Notes: generated by a model not told the origin, from the sequence alone. Numbered from the whole stretch's first letter, positions 1 to 13,539 are shown. The stretch is DNA of 63,656 nucleotides, filler included, from Sphacelaria rigidula (GCA_964200075.2; 11 parts of 11 records of this genome joined end to end with filler, not necessarily neighbours in it), one strand, 5' to 3'. Program-made: numbers and translations.

Positions 1-263
1 GGGCGCTGAGGAGAGGCGGAGCGAGTGGGCGACTGATTGCAGGAAACATACGGCTTCATGAGTGCGTTTCACAACACCGTAAGCTAGACGTTAGTTTGTA
101 TGTCAGCGGAATGTTTTCAGACGGTGTGAAGAAGGGTGTTCTGTTACCTTGATACCCAACAACGCTCCAGGTAAACTTCGCTGCCTGCATAGACGCTTTC
201 AGAGTAGCTGAACGAACCTCGAACCTTGCTCCTTGGTGCAACGCAGCGAGTAGCTCTGAATAA

Positions 264-294
<31 letters not shown>

Positions 295-750
295 TCCTCC
301 ATCGCAGAGCGACTCATGTCACTGCACTCAAACATGAACTAGTTATATCCCGGATCTTCCTTTAGTCAGTAACCCCCTCAGATTTCGGCACACCCTATGG
401 AATATGACCCTTGCAGAATCGGGAGCGTGTGGGAGGTTTTCTCACGGTCGCCGTCACCCTGACATTTATTCGTTTGTTCCTATTTCGTCATTTTCCATTC
501 GATTTTCTAATCGCAACTGTCTCCCCGTACATCTGCCTTGGGATATGTCTACGTCCTGTGACGACGAGTCCGGCTGAATTCTTACCGTATCCGCTATACT
601 ACTGATTGAGCGATTTGGGGTAAAAGGGTCAAGGCCATTCCCAAGGAACCTACAAGAGCATTACTACACTGAAATCATGTTACAACGAAATTCTGCGACG
701 GGTGGACAAACACAAAACGGACACCTTCATAGCCCAAGGGACACCGGTAC

Positions 751-1090
751 CTGCTCTTTCACGTCAAAATCAGATCCCAGAGCCAATGCCAAGGAAGCAA
801 GCAACGTTTGCCCTCCCCGCTCCGCCTCAGCCTGCAACAACCCCGCTTCGGGACCAGGTCGGCCGACCCCGCCTTGGACCCCACCGTCGCATGCTGGCGC
901 GGCTTCTGAAGGTTTTGGATTGAGCGACGACGGTATGAACCCAGCAGGTTTCAACAGCCTCGAAGGCGGCATTTTGGGCGGGGTCGGGGTGACCGCACGT
1001 GTACTGCGGCCTTTGGCGGATATTGGGACTCCGACGGCCTCGCGTACAAAAGGAAGCAGGCCTCTCAATGGTCGACCGCAGATGGCGTAT
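751..1090 (-). CDS. Probable internal exon of an uncharacterised gene (YAICGRPLRGLLPFVREAVG...ALGSDFDVKEQ)
   Basis: Polypyrimidine tract then ttcag acceptor at 1091-1092; CAG|GTACCG donor; frame open throughout. I could not phase-link it cleanly to neighbouring candidate exons. Confidence 0.45.
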
Positions 1091-2076
1091 CTGAAGTGGA
1101 GGGTTTCGGCCGGAGGGGGGGAGAGAGACATGGTCATGGGTACTAGACAAACGTGCATAGACAGGACCATAGAAATATTATATACGTTTCAAGTATCAAG
1201 GCAGGTCCGTCTCAGTTCGGCTCCGAAATCTGAGTGTTGAACACATATTTTGTCAAACCAGAACCAGAACCAGAACCAGGACGCTAACGCCAAGCCTGAC
1301 CCCAAGAGAAGGCAAAGTGAGAACCTGCGGGCAGGGCAGGATGAGGTGAGCCGAAACGCCTCCTGCGCACGCTCACCATTGTAAATATTCGCATATGATG
1401 GTCAACACTAGCATCACTAGCATCAAGTGCATACTCAACCAGCGGATTTCGCACCGGAGTGGGACGGTGGGACAAAATCTACCGCACATATTTGTGGGAA
1501 AGTACTAACATCATCGTTTCTTCTAACGCTCGACCAGTTGCTCCCAGCTACTGTCGCACGAAGGGACGAAGGTCCTCTCTTCAGAAACAAAAAGTTCCAC
1601 ATACGAGTAGCCCCCCGGAAAGGGTGTGTTGGGCGCAAGAGCGGCCGTTTTCGTTTTTGGCATGTACGCACAGGAATAAGGGGCGCCATATCAAACATAG
1701 CCAAACAAGTGTGCATCGGCGGCACCACAAGCAAGGAAATGATGTTTGGCGGGTGCAATTATCGCGCAGACACTTCGAATCGGTAGGACACAGCAGCAAC
1801 ACGTGACAGGTGAACGAGGGACAGGCCACAGCACCCGTATTGCCCGTTCAAACATGACAAAAGGGTGCCGCATAGCCCATTTCCTAGAACTATAACTCTT
1901 GGAAAAAACCATGAGCTCCAAACGTCCACCAGCATCCATCTACGCCTACTCTATGGTTCATTTTCCAGTGTCGATGAAATTACAAACCCCCTCCTATAGG
2001 ATAGGGGTACCATAGGAACAGTCGCATTATGGAGTGGTTGGTGAAGTCACAGTATGGTGAAGTTTGTACGAGAAAA

Positions 2077-2080
<4 letters not shown>

Positions 2081-2115
<35 letters not shown>

Positions 2116-2125
2116 CGCGCGCGCG
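2081..2125. repeat. (GT)n(GC)n alternating purine-pyrimidine microsatellite
   Basis: gtgtgt...gcgcgcgc run seen directly. Confidence 0.9.
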
Positions 2126-2392
2126 TAAAACGCCAATGTGTTCTGTCCTGAACTATTGGACCGTCGATGTTTTGGTGTGAAAGAAGTACGTGGGTGGCAG
2201 AAGTACATGGGTAGCAGCTTCTATCTTGAGACCTGCAATCAAATTTAGCAATAGTAACATGGCAAACAGTTTGACAGAGGAACAAAAACGCCTCCCCCAG
2301 GAGGTTTGCCCTTCCCGTAGCCGAGGTCAGTTCACCACTTGGTCGCTTGACTATGGAAAGAAAACTCTCAGAAAAGTATGATCTCGCGCCAG

Positions 2393-2412
2393 CCCTAACC
2401 CTAACCCTAACC
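2393..2412 (+). repeat. Interstitial telomere-like repeat (CCCTAA)3
   Basis: ccctaaccctaaccctaacc. Confidence 0.8.
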
Positions 2413-2831
2413 GGAGGCATACCTAGAACCCTTGGCAGACTTCAAAACGGCGCCACAGACGCCGATTTTGACAAAAACGCTTACTGCGCACGCTGGGAGC
2501 AGTGGGGGCTGTCAGCCCTGCTCGAATCGAGTAATGAAGTTCCGGGAAACTTCCAATCAAGCAAGTGGTGAAGCTCTACGGCCGTAGCCAATACTCCAGG
2601 AACCATGGGCACTCGAACGATAGGCGCGTAGCAGTCGGTCACGTACATGAGGGGAAATCGTACAGGATCGAGACGGAGATAGGGTTGGGGGTCGGAGGTC
2701 GAGCGCTCATGCTTCTCAGCCTCGACCCGTCATACTACTACAGGGATCCTCGTGACGGTATACACAACCGTTTGCGTGATTACCCCAGTAGGGGGCGGGT
2801 GGACGCTTTGATTGACGTTTACAAATATGTT

Positions 2832-3200
2832 TAGCTTCCAGTGGTGGTGTAAGGGTCCGACTGTCGCCATTAGGGTGGAGAGAACGAGGGTTCAATTCCC
2901 GATGCGTTGGGGGCTTTTTTTCGCAGCGTCTGATTTCCAACGTGGAAAGCGTGAGAAAGTGCGTAAACAAAGTAGTCGACTGAGTTTGTTTGACGTGCGT
3001 TGACGCGGTGCGGGAGTGGTGATAGTCATGACCCAATCCGCGAGACCAAAATGCAAGGCGTGTACCGGGGGACAGATGGGTTGATCCCTTGAGATCGCGG
3101 ACTAATCCCGAGGAAGAGGAGGGGTTCAAAGTGCGACAAAAAAATAAATGAAAAAGTGTAGGCTTCGGAAACAACGCACCGAAAGCTCGCCTCGAAGACT
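2832..3200 (+). mobile_element. tRNA-derived SINE, family 1 (other copies at about 19478-19835 on + and 47480-47820 on -)
   Basis: A-box-like TGGTGTAAGGG and B-box GGTTCAATTCCC, followed by a body (cccaatccgcgag...gatgggttgatcccttgag...ggggttcaaagtgcg) shared with the 19.5 kb copy and, more diverged, the 47.6 kb copy. Confidence 0.75.
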
Positions 3201-3709
3201 GCTCGCTGCACAACCACGTTCGGGGAAATCTATCTGAGGGCAACTGTCCAAAACAACGAATTTAATCATCATGTGTTCCGATGCGCTGTCGGTACCACGC
3301 CACAGCGCTCAAACAACCCGCCTGGACCGACTCAAAGTTCGAAGACAAAGCTAATGCAAATCGTTTCCTCTACACGTTTACTGCACCCCCCTTCCCCCCT
3401 CCTTATCGCCGTAAACCTTTCTTCGTATGAATATGTGAAGAAGATGAGATATGAAGTTGTATGGAAAAAATCGGTCAGATTTTTCCGTCAGAACTTTGCT
3501 TGGGAAAAAAAAATAAGAGCAACAAAATTTCCGCTGCTTCCTCTCGTACAGAGCTTTGCAAAGCCGTACACCAAACATTGTCCAAAGGGTCGTCATTTTC
3601 CCCTCGGCAAGGACAACACAAGTACTTGTTTCATACATTGCGGTTTCTGAGACCCTACCAAGTGAGCGCCTACGTTGTCCCTGAATTCCTGATTCCGTAC
3701 TGCAGTCAC

Positions 3710-4284
3710 CTTGCTCCTCTCATCACAACGTGAGGTTCGGCAGAGGCATCATCCTTCTCCGCCGACAGGGCGAAACCAGCATCTCTGAACCCCCACGATC
3801 CAAACGCCTCTTTGTCACCATCCGCCGCACCAAACCACCCGTCCTCATCGTCACATTCCGTTTCGCGGTTGTGTGGTTCATCTTCATCGTGACTTTCACA
3901 TGCTGTCACCGATGGCGAAACGGAACCTGTAGTCGCCCCGTGGTTGTTCTTGCCGCGCTGGTCTTCTCCCTGCTGCTGCTCCATGCTCATGCCGATGCCG
4001 ATGCCGTTGGCTCTTGACTGCGAGTGGTCGGAAAGGGACAGCGCTGCAGCGGCGAGCAAGATGCAACAAGCAGCCTCACTCTCCCCACCACCGCCACCAT
4101 CAGTCAACAATCTATCCGCCGAGGGTGATCCCGCCGCGTTCTCGCCGATGCCGTTTCGCTGCGGCACGAACCGTGAAGATATCGCCCGCCTTTCGCGTTG
4201 CTCGAGAACCCCGTCTTCCGCCTCAGCGGACGAATTTGACGTCGTCGGCAACGTCCCTTGTACTCCGTTTTTCTCTAGCAGCAC
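3710..4284 (-). CDS. Exon of an uncharacterised low-complexity acidic protein (VLLEKNGVQ...PHVVMRGAR)
   Basis: ttgcag| acceptor, AAG|GTGACT donor, open frame; joins the 4685-4885 exon in phase 0. Confidence 0.7.
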
Positions 4285-4684
4285 CTGCAATATACACCAT
4301 GTGACAGCAGCCGCCAGAACGAAACAAAGGAAAACATAACTGAAAAAAAATCGTCACCCCGGGGGTGTTATTCAGCGTACTGTTGCCATGCACGGGGGTG
4401 ACAATCAGCGTACGGGTGCTATCCATGAGGCGCGAGGGGGGGGGGGAACTACTCAACGAAGGGGTGTTTTACCATGTCACATGGAAAATTCAAATATGGC
4501 TGAGCGCATGGTGAAATTGTGTGACCCACGCAGCATTCAAGAGCTGACTCCCTCGCATGTGTGTATCAGGCGGGCGATTCAATCTTCTTCCATCCATCTG
4601 CCAGTACATGTATTTGGGAGTTGCCTGACTGCGGTTTCGCTCATGTGAAGCGTGCTGTGCAACGTCCGGACTTGACGCCCTCAC

Positions 4685-4885
4685 CTGCAATATGTGGCCG
4701 GTACTGGGTTCCGAAAATCCTCGCCCAAGTAACGCCTCCTTTGCGAGTGAAACGCTTTCCTCCGCTGAGTCAAACTTGCGCAAGACGGCGTGTAGCACTC
4801 GCTGCACCGCGGACGACGGGGGTGCTATTGATGTTGAACATCGAGAGTGCTGCCCGGGCATTTTCGGGTACGTTTGGTTGACGGC
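4685..4885 (-). CDS. Upstream exon of the same gene (AVNQTYPKMPG...EPSTGHILQ)
   Basis: gtgcag| acceptor, CAG|GTGAGG donor; 201 bp, phase 0/0; 400-bp intron to the next exon. Confidence 0.7.
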
Positions 4886-5239
4886 CTGCACATATACATG
4901 ATCATGATTCACGGAGGAGCCGACCACTCAACGTTAAATAGAACCCATAATAGGGGGTAGCAGAACGAAGGATCGAAACGCTTTTCTGTGAAATAGTGAA
5001 GGAAAATAAAAGCGGGAAAACAGGAGAAAAACGGGAACTGGCAGGGGCTGTCGAAGCTGCAAATGTTTGCTGTTGGGTGGGCAGTCTGAGAGCCTAGGTA
5101 CATCATAACTTTCGTGTGTGTCTCTCTGGTGAAGGTAGCAACAGGAGGGCAAAAATTTGAATTTGATGGAAAAGGAGGTGTCATGACAGCAACGTTCGAT
5201 CACCTGGCAAAGTGCCTGCATTATCATGATCACTATCAA

Positions 5240-5470
5240 TAGCCGGTCGCTCTGATGGCTCAATTAGTATCCTGGAAACCTTCTGATGGTTAGGTCGTGG
5301 GTTCGAATCTCGGTAAGTCATACAATCTGGGATATTTTCTCACACCATGCCCAGAGGTGTGTTGCGACTGTGCCGTTGGTACACAAAAGTCTACTCCACG
5401 GGCGACAAGAGAAAGAAACCGCTAAAACTTTCTCGCAATAAAAAACAAGGCAATCAACGCAGACGGAAGG
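5240..5470 (+). mobile_element. tRNA-derived SINE, family 2 (second copy at about 58040-58465 on -)
   Basis: agccggtcgc-TGGCTCAATTAG A-box-like, GGTTCGAATCTC B-box; body ctgggat...caccatgccc...ggtacacaaaa shared with the 58 kb copy, whose A-box is TGGCTCAGTTGG. Confidence 0.75.
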
Positions 5471-5697
5471 TGGAGTACAACAAGAAGATAAGAAAAACAA
5501 AACTCCTGTGTTGTTGGCCTTCCTCCTGTGACCCCGGCTGATACGCCCACATATACTTCAACGTATAGACTAGCGTACAGAATACAAGGAATATCAATTA
5601 CCATGAAAATTATCTGAGAACGCTGAAAACAGCCAATCATCTATGTTGAGGATGGTGCTTTTGATTGAGGATGAGAACCCGGAGGATTAAAATCTTC

Positions 5698-5797
5698 NNN
5701 NNNNNNNNNNNNNNNNNNNNNNNNNNNNNNNNNNNNNNNNNTTAATTAATTAANNNNNNNNNNNNNNNNNNNNNNNNNNNNNNNNNNNNNNNNNNNN
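5698..5797. other. Artificial contig spacer N44-TTAATTAATTAA-N44 (first of ten; others at 11495-11594, 17291-17390, 23087-23186, 28883-28982, 34679-34778, 40475-40574, 46271-46370, 52067-52166, 57862-57961)
   Basis: Identical 100-nt linker with stop codons in all six frames. The segments between linkers are 5697, 5697, 5696 (x7), 5695 and 5695 bp, i.e. size-sorted contigs. Confidence 0.98.
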
Positions 5798-8293
5798 CAA
5801 CCCCATCGGGGGTCCACCCCTACAAAGCCGGGACGGAGCACGCCGGGTTCTCGCCGGACCAGGCTGGGGGGGGGGCTGTCCCCGGGAATGATGTCACTGC
5901 CAAGTTGGTGCGTGTACCCTGGCCCTGGCCCACAAGAAAGCCTTCGCAGCAAAAAAAAGCCGCGATGGTCGGGGCTCTCTTTCTCGTTTTTTCATTATTC
6001 ACTTGCATTTTAAATAGGTCCTCCCCCCACTCCCCCGATTTTATTTTGGGTTACCATCCTTTAGTAAAATGTAGTAATTACACTAGCACAGGGTGCTCGG
6101 GGGAAATACGGGGAAAGCGTACCCTACTACATATGTGGTCATCTCCACAAGGCGACTGAACCTAGCAACGCCATGGAACGAGAGACGAAGCTAGAGGCAT
6201 GAGTTCTGCGTATCCCTCTGTAGAAGCGGTATAGCATGTAGTGAGGTCGTATGTGATCGACGGGAACGAACAACAAGCTGTGTATAGGTAGCTGATCTCC
6301 GTCGCGGAGAACTGCCCAGAACGTGTAAAGGAGTATGCAGCGGCAGCTGCTGCTGCAGTCGAAGAGGCGTCATGTACGGTATGTACGGCGCAACGCCCAT
6401 GCCCTCCGAAGAGAATTTGCCGCTTGCAACAAAGAGGGAAATCGCGGCCCACCCCGACCACAAAGGGCTGTGTGGGAAGGTGATGGGGACAATAATATCA
6501 TCCAAAGCCACAAGTAGCGGGCGGCGGTCGCCACATCCTGTTGAAAGCTCTCCACGGCGACCCATAGTGCTTGATGCATGTGTACATTACATGATGCGCA
6601 CAGCACTCGAATTAAAATTTGTACCTGCACCTGAAAATAGAATGGATGAAACCTCAGGTCTTCCTCATATCCCTGCGATTACATCCGTGGGTTTTCGGCA
6701 ACATAAAGTCACTGTTTCGTGCATACGTCAGACACGCCATTCCTAACCAGCCTCATCGGTCGTTCTGGAGGCCCGGTCTGAAAAGGGTTGAGCTACAGCT
6801 GCTGTAGAGCGTTTTGCGCAAGAAGTCTTGGTGATCGAGAAAATCTTTTTTTTTTTTTCACTTATTTCGCCATGAAACTCGGACCGTGTTGAAACAATAA
6901 ACATCACCTCCGGAAACCGTGCGGTTTTGGCGCAGATGATGCAAAAAATCTTTTCCCAATCGACGGCCTTGGCAATGAGTATTTGGGATGCGATTTGGGC
7001 GATCAGTGCAAACAAGCGCCGCCAACCCTCGCGTGTTTCGACGACACCCGACAACATCACTCCTGCCCAACGACCTCAGATTAGATTACACTCATGAATG
7101 GCTCTTGATACTGGTACACACGACAGTGGTAACGTAGTGCAGATTGTTGGTACATAGGATGTATGGAATTTTTGACAGATGTAAAATTTGGACCTTCGAC
7201 CGCCCCCCCATGAGCTGTCTCTCTGACACATACACTACTGGATCAAGTACACACGTAAATGGGGCTTGTGCGACATGTGAATTGAGCTATGATGGGCGGA
7301 TCACTGGTGAGTAAAGCTCGGAAAGTTTGTCTAACAATTAACTAGGTAAATGGTCCTAATGGTTTGGTTTTTGAGCGGCGTAGCCGCGAGCCAAAAAGCC
7401 CCCCCCCCCCGGCAGAGGGGGCCCCGCTGGAGGCGCCGTGCCGGAAGCACATTTTAACGCGATTTGGCTTCGCTAGAGCTGAACAATACGTAAAATTTGG
7501 GCCAGTTTCCAAGGGCAAAAGCCGGTAACGGTAAATAATGGTTTGAAACCATTATCCAAAAATTCCATATAACCATTACCATCATTACCATTATAATGAT
7601 AATGACCAATTATGACTGGTACCATTTCAGAGCTCTACTTGTCAGAGTGTTTCATGCACGTGGATTCAAGTGCTTCCTGGCCGCCATTTGCGAATAATGA
7701 ATGGGGTGGACTGAGCGCATATTTATTTTACGTACGTTGGACACGTACGTTCCACTAAAGTGAGTAGACACTCTACGCATGTTTGGTACACACGTTTTGA
7801 AGTGAGTGAGTGTTCCATCTTTTCTATTTTGCCCTGTGTATGGATTATTCGCGAAAAATGTAAGTCCCTTCCTACCTTCCTAGATCAAGCTCATTTTTGT
7901 TACAGCATGATTGTTTTCCGAATAATCCCCAATTTCCCGTTTTCATTCAAACGGGCCGAAAGATTGAGTCCCGAATCACGAAGAAGAAAAAAAGAAGAGA
8001 AAAATACTGCCAGCTTCGAAACATCAGGACCTGTGGAGATGGCGACCTGCAGGGGAGGCCGACTTTCGAGGAGAATCACAGTAGCTTCAGTTGAATGGGC
8101 ACTCACTCGCCGCACGTATTTTACTCAGGTGTTGAAATCTCATACTATTTGCCGTTGTGTCCCGCCACCACCACCTCTCCGACAGGCCTATGGTCGTGAT
8201 TCATCTTCGAGTCTTGACAATATATGTACCGCCGTCCCCACCCTACATTGCGCTCGCTTTCCCCGCATGAAAAAACACAACAAATGCTCGTAG

Positions 8294-11245
8294 GTACGCC
8301 GAACGAATCCACCCGCGCAGCCGCCGTCTTTGGAGCGCGCGATGCTGTGCGACCTTCGCGCGCGCGCCATCAAGTCGGTGGCAGCTCTGCTCGAGCACGA
8401 CGAGGCTTCCGTTGGACTCGCGCCACTCATGCCAGCCTTGATCAAGGTGGCCCTATCCGGCGGGCCTGAGGTGGGGAGTGATGGTGTAGACTTTATGCTT
8501 CTGGCGTGAGTAACCTCGTTTACAACGGTTTGACGGATGTTGTGGTGTGTTGTAGTTGGCGGTCATGTTCTCGACGTTGGTACTCTTTTTAGATGCGGTT
8601 ATGCGAATCATTCTGGAGAGAGGTGGATAATCCGTTGGCCGTAGGCATCGATGGTATTCCTTCGTCCCTCTTCCGAGTAGGCGATTGGTAACGGTTGGAG
8701 CGAGCACGGTCCTTCAACCGATGATCCCGGCATTGCCTTCCTTACCTCTTCTTCGATTCAGTTCGACTCTTCTTTCCCTCATTCGTGTTTGGCAGGTCCG
8801 AGGCGGTTCGGGGCGGCGAACGCGCACTCTGGAAAGTTCCCACCCGTATGAAAACAACATCCGCGAGTCATTCCACATGAGCTTCAAGGGAGCATCCAGA
8901 CTCAGCATCGCATTCGACTCGAAGGTGATGGCAGTAAATGATGATGATGATGATGATGTAATGACGATGATGATGATAATGATGATGATGATGATGATCC
9001 GAGTACACCTATACCAATGTCCTCTGCTAGACGATAAATATTTGTTCGGAATTAGAGTACTGTGGAGAGGATATTATGTATGCATTCAACATTCGTGTCT
9101 GTGGATTATGATTGGGCAGGCTGAGAGCTCCCTGTTGACTACGCGCTGGATATAGAAGTTTGACGCACATGGAATCTTGTGCGTGGGTGCTCCAAAATGA
9201 AAAAAATCGTGGTGTCTATCTTCAACGGAGAATTGTCATACTATACCCCCATACCCCCTTTGATGTAGTATTCTCCACATGAATCGTTATTGGTCTTTGC
9301 GGTATGTATGGCCTCTAGTATTGTGACTAGCCTGGCTTTCCCAGTCTGTTGGATGACCTTCGTGCCTGTAGTAGCGTTGACGCTGTTGGCACCCGACAGG
9401 TCAGCGGTTTTCCCCGCTGCGTTTGCCTGTGCGGATCCATATTACGTCGTTTCGCTCAATGCTAGGCTGCAGCAGCGACCCCCGAACGCGTCGATGTGTC
9501 GCACGTTTCACCAGAACAGGCTTCAAGTATTGTCCATGAGTTCAACGGAACGCTTATAAATCCAAGCCACCCATCTTCTCCGCACATTCCAATTTCCGTT
9601 GAGTTTATTTTTATTTTTCAATCAGCCTGTCCAGGCTTGTTTTTGTCAAGCGAAACATGAAATATCACGAGCTGTTTCTCTGGTATTCCCTCCGGCAGCA
9701 TAGATACTTATCGAAACGTTTCTACGTCATGGTCCGGATGTGATGTCTGTCCAATGCCCCCCTCTTCCCCCGCCGTCATGTCGTGCGGTATCACGGTAGA
9801 GCCGGACCGAGACAAACTGCGACTACGTCGTGTTTTACAAGGATGCCAACCACGTGGAACACTGGGGGGAAGATCGCTACAGCGGTCGGGATGGTGCCGA
9901 GAATTGGCCAGGCTGTGGACACCGGCCCCTTCTGCAGGTAGGACTGCCACCCGTGCCCGTGTTTTTCAGACGGGAGGTCTCTCACCCCATCATGAAGTCT
10001 CAGAAATGACGACCTGGGATTTTAATTATGGAGATGCGGGTACTTTTGTTCTTGCCTTGTAATGTCACGCGGTGGGTGCAGGACTTCCTTTCGCTCTCGA
10101 GTGTTCGTGGAAAGTGACGGCGTGTCACTCCCTCAAGCACTTTACTCTTGAACTCTCCAGTGAAGGTGACAAATCGTCTGCGAAAGAATCCCGATAGAGT
10201 TCATACCATATGTAAAGTTTGGCTACTGTACAAGTCCCACAACTCGTGACGTTACACTATCCGGAGTAAAATGAGAGGTGCATGTGAGGAGCCACCGACC
10301 CAGATGTGCCAACAACATCATTTGCACAGCGGTGTTCACGCGGCACATCGCAGCTACAAGTAGCGTGTATGACTGCCGAGCATGGGATCGAAGTTGGTGT
10401 CCCTGCTTTCCCCGTGTCGTGTCAAACTTTGAGCAGCCTAGCATGATCATGCCGCTTGTACCAGCATAGGCCCGTTTTCGGGAAACTTTCCACTCAACAC
10501 AGCAGTACCGTCGCGGACTGACGTGGCCTATGTACCGCTGCGATTCCTCACGTGTCTACAGATGCAAGAACACACAACTGTTGAGCGACATCTTGGCAAT
10601 CATTTGTCTGCACCTTTCGAACCTAAAAAAGTTCGGCCACGGTCAAGTTTCGGCAATTTTTTTCTCTTCAGATTTTGGTGAAGGGTTCGCGAAAATCCAC
10701 TACAATTTGTTTTTTTCAGCGATTGTCGCCACGTGTATTCGAGCCCTTTCTCACCATGATAGAGATCGTCTTAATTCTCCATGTTCACTTGTACGACTTT
10801 TCGTTCCCCGAAAACCTCGAAGGGTGCGACGAGTCAAAGAAAGAATGGGCGTGGGCATACACCGCAGCTCGCTAGGATACTTTCACCCCGATCGTGTGCC
10901 AACAGTTGGCGCCCGGCGAATATCGAGAATGCTCTAGCTGCTGCTGTTTATAGCGCCAGTTTCTCGTGCACTCTCCACCGCTGCTCTGCTTCGTTGCACA
11001 CCACGCTTGTTTTCGATATTCCTCGTCCATCTTGTTCCTTGCCTTCCTTTCATGACTTTCTGGTATGAAATCCTTGACAGATTCCCGCGTCCGAAGTGTT
11101 CATCGAATGGGTGACCGACTCGACAGTGACGGACTGGGGTTGGAAAATGACCGCCACCGCTGACTTCGACGACGTGCCGGCGACCACCTCGCCTAATCAG
11201 CTGGAACAGCGCCTCTCCCGCACGTACCATCTTCTTTACGAGCAG
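8294..11245 (+). CDS. Four-exon fragment (8294-8470, 8796-8924, 9800-9937, 11081-11245) of a large protein with a CUB-like ESxHPY domain of the type seen in ZZEF1/HECTD4-like E3 ligases
   Basis: All exons are GT-AG bounded and phase 0. Spliced product: ...TLESSHPYENNIRESFHMSFKGASRLSIAFDSK|SRTETNCDYVVFYKD...WGEDRYSGR...NWPG...|IPASEVFIEWVTDSTVTDWGWKMTA, matching the recalled ESxHPY...F D..S.TE...DY...WG..KYSG...SD.S...WG.K pattern. Confidence 0.85.
8939..8998 (+). repeat. (GAT)n microsatellite in an intron
   Basis: atgatgatgat... run. Confidence 0.9.
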
Positions 11246-12385
11246 GTAAGAGTCGACGAACCATGCGTGCTGTATTGTCATCATTGGTAAACAACATACC
11301 TCGGCGGGCGCCACCAGGGAAACAATCACTGCTCTCATGATTTCTTATAAAGAGAGGGAGAGAATCACAACGTTTTGGCGTTGGTATAAACACGTCATAA
11401 TCTCGCACGAACTCTTGCCACGACTTCACAACCTCCCCCCCCCCCCACTAATAACAATCACACAAAACCACCGACCACACCCATGATATAAATANNNNNN
11501 NNNNNNNNNNNNNNNNNNNNNNNNNNNNNNNNNNNNNNTTAATTAATTAANNNNNNNNNNNNNNNNNNNNNNNNNNNNNNNNNNNNNNNNNNNNCCCAGG
11601 AATTCCACCGACGTACAGCATCCACCCCTCCAACATGATCACACACAGTAGTCTAGGGTGTCATGTACCGTTCCGGCCTCTTACTCACGAGAGGCGATGG
11701 ACCTCAAGACAAGCAGCCAATCAATATCGAAGGAGCGTGCAATCTATGTCGTGTTTGTTTAGGCGTTTCATCTCGCCCCAAAACACGAGGGGGGTGTTGG
11801 CTACGGTTTCGGCCTCTGAACACGTGGGGCACATCGTCAAAACGTACCTATATGGTAGTACCGTAGTACAAGTTCAAACTTGTTTTTTTTTGTTGAACGC
11901 GATTCTTATGGGTTTTTCGGTTACCACAACTCATCACGGTTCCAGTTCGACCTCAAACGTTGAGAATCGAGAGACATTAGTAGCCGACACAAATCTCAAA
12001 AGAAAAACCGGCGACCAATTTCGAACGAGTGACGGGCTTACTGATCGTACGGGGTCCCACGAGTGTGCGGTCCACGATTCTCATTTTTCCGGTCTTTTCA
12101 TTCGACCGAACCGATCCGGATCGTTATAACCAACCGTTATATGGTTCAGCTTTTCATTTCCTCGATATCCATTGCGCTGCAATCGATAAACCGTGTATTT
12201 CATCTTCTACGGTCAGTTACACCCTGTCGATTGAGGGGATTCTACTCTGCCTTGTTCTGATGGCACAAAATCGGGAAATATGTGTTGAGCACGACCTACT
12301 TCTGTTTCCAACGTCTACTAACTCTCGAATCTTTAAGTAAAGGTTACAAATTGTCGACACAAAAGTCCCCAGTAGGGGAAGATCA

Positions 12386-12631
12386 ATGCTACGGTAGGGG
12401 TGTACGTTTTGCGCCAAATCTTGTCTGGTTCAGGGGCTCCTTACGATTCTAGATGCACGAGGATATTGGTCAGGGCATCCCCGTTTGCAAACTCAGTCGG
12501 GATATCCCCAGCACATCGGAATAGTTATCCCGGCGTACTCTCACATATTTCCATAAGTCGTGTTTGGATGAGATAAAGGGCTCCTAACACTTCTAACCTC
12601 AGAAGATATTTGTGCACCCCCACCGTAGCAT
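12386..12631. mobile_element. About 245-bp MITE with ATGCTACGGTRGGGGTG TIRs (copies at 22015-22259, about 52550-52793 reversed, about 62970-63190)
   Basis: atgctacggtaggggtgtac ... gtgcacccccaccgtagcat; internal sequence (ctggttcaggggctcc...ctagatgc...ccccgtttgc) conserved in four contigs. Confidence 0.85.
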
Positions 12632-13539
12632 CACTGGTTAATGACCTCCCATCCCGCTCTCTCAGCACCTTCCCTTCCCCGGGAATGAATATCAACGTTC
12701 CCCCTCTTCGAACGTCCTCAGTGGGAAGAGGGTGTTATCATACGTACTAGCTATTTGCTACCGGACAGCAATGAGTCTGAACACCTTTCGGGAGTCACGA
12801 CCAAGCCTATAACTTACCCTCGATAATGATGGCCTGGTTTATTTTGATGGAACTACATACATCCTGTGAGCGAGAGCGTTTTGCCCTCTCACCAAAAGGC
12901 TGTTATCTACCGTATCGTCATGGCCTGTGACATACGATTGACGATGCCGCTGAAGACATAGGAGACATCATCCGAGCGTAGTTATCGTAAAATACTCCCT
13001 TCCCCCCCCCCCACATTCTCAACGCATGTCTTTTCCACATATTCTCATCCGCAGGGAGTGTTTTTAGGCGGACTTGAGCCATTTTGAGGGATGACTACAC
13101 GGTGCATCTAAACATGTGGAAATTAATCACGAAAACATCGACACCATAAACTTTTCACCTCTAGGACAGTTAGGGGCACAGCCATCCCATTTGAAATACG
13201 TCAATCGGTAGATAAGACCCCCGAGGACAGTTATTTCCTCATCCGCGGAAGAATCAGGTTTCAACTACACATACACTCCAGCACCTGGTGTTTTTTCATG
13301 GTCGCGCACCCCATTTATTCCCCATATTTTTACTCATGGGGCCTTGAACATATTGAAACAGCTTGAAACAGAGCAGGGGCGACGATAGCCCGCAAGTAGT
13401 GCTGAAATCAAATGAGGTATTCGGGACTCGTCAGTCCGAGTTCTGAAGTCTTCATTTTTGGTTCAATTCCGACCCGAAGTTATGTCCACCCCCATTTATT
13501 CGATAGCGCATACGCGATCTCCTGGTTACCGTTTTTATT

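Noticed and set aside
5240..5320. tRNA gene (also at 2832-2910 and 47750-47820)
   Set aside because: A/B boxes are present but I could not fold a full cloverleaf, and each continues into a shared dispersed body, so these are SINE heads
5742..5753. TTAATTAATTAA recurring every about 5.8 kb as a periodic biological repeat
   Set aside because: It is always embedded in N44 flanks and is a six-frame stop linker added during concatenation
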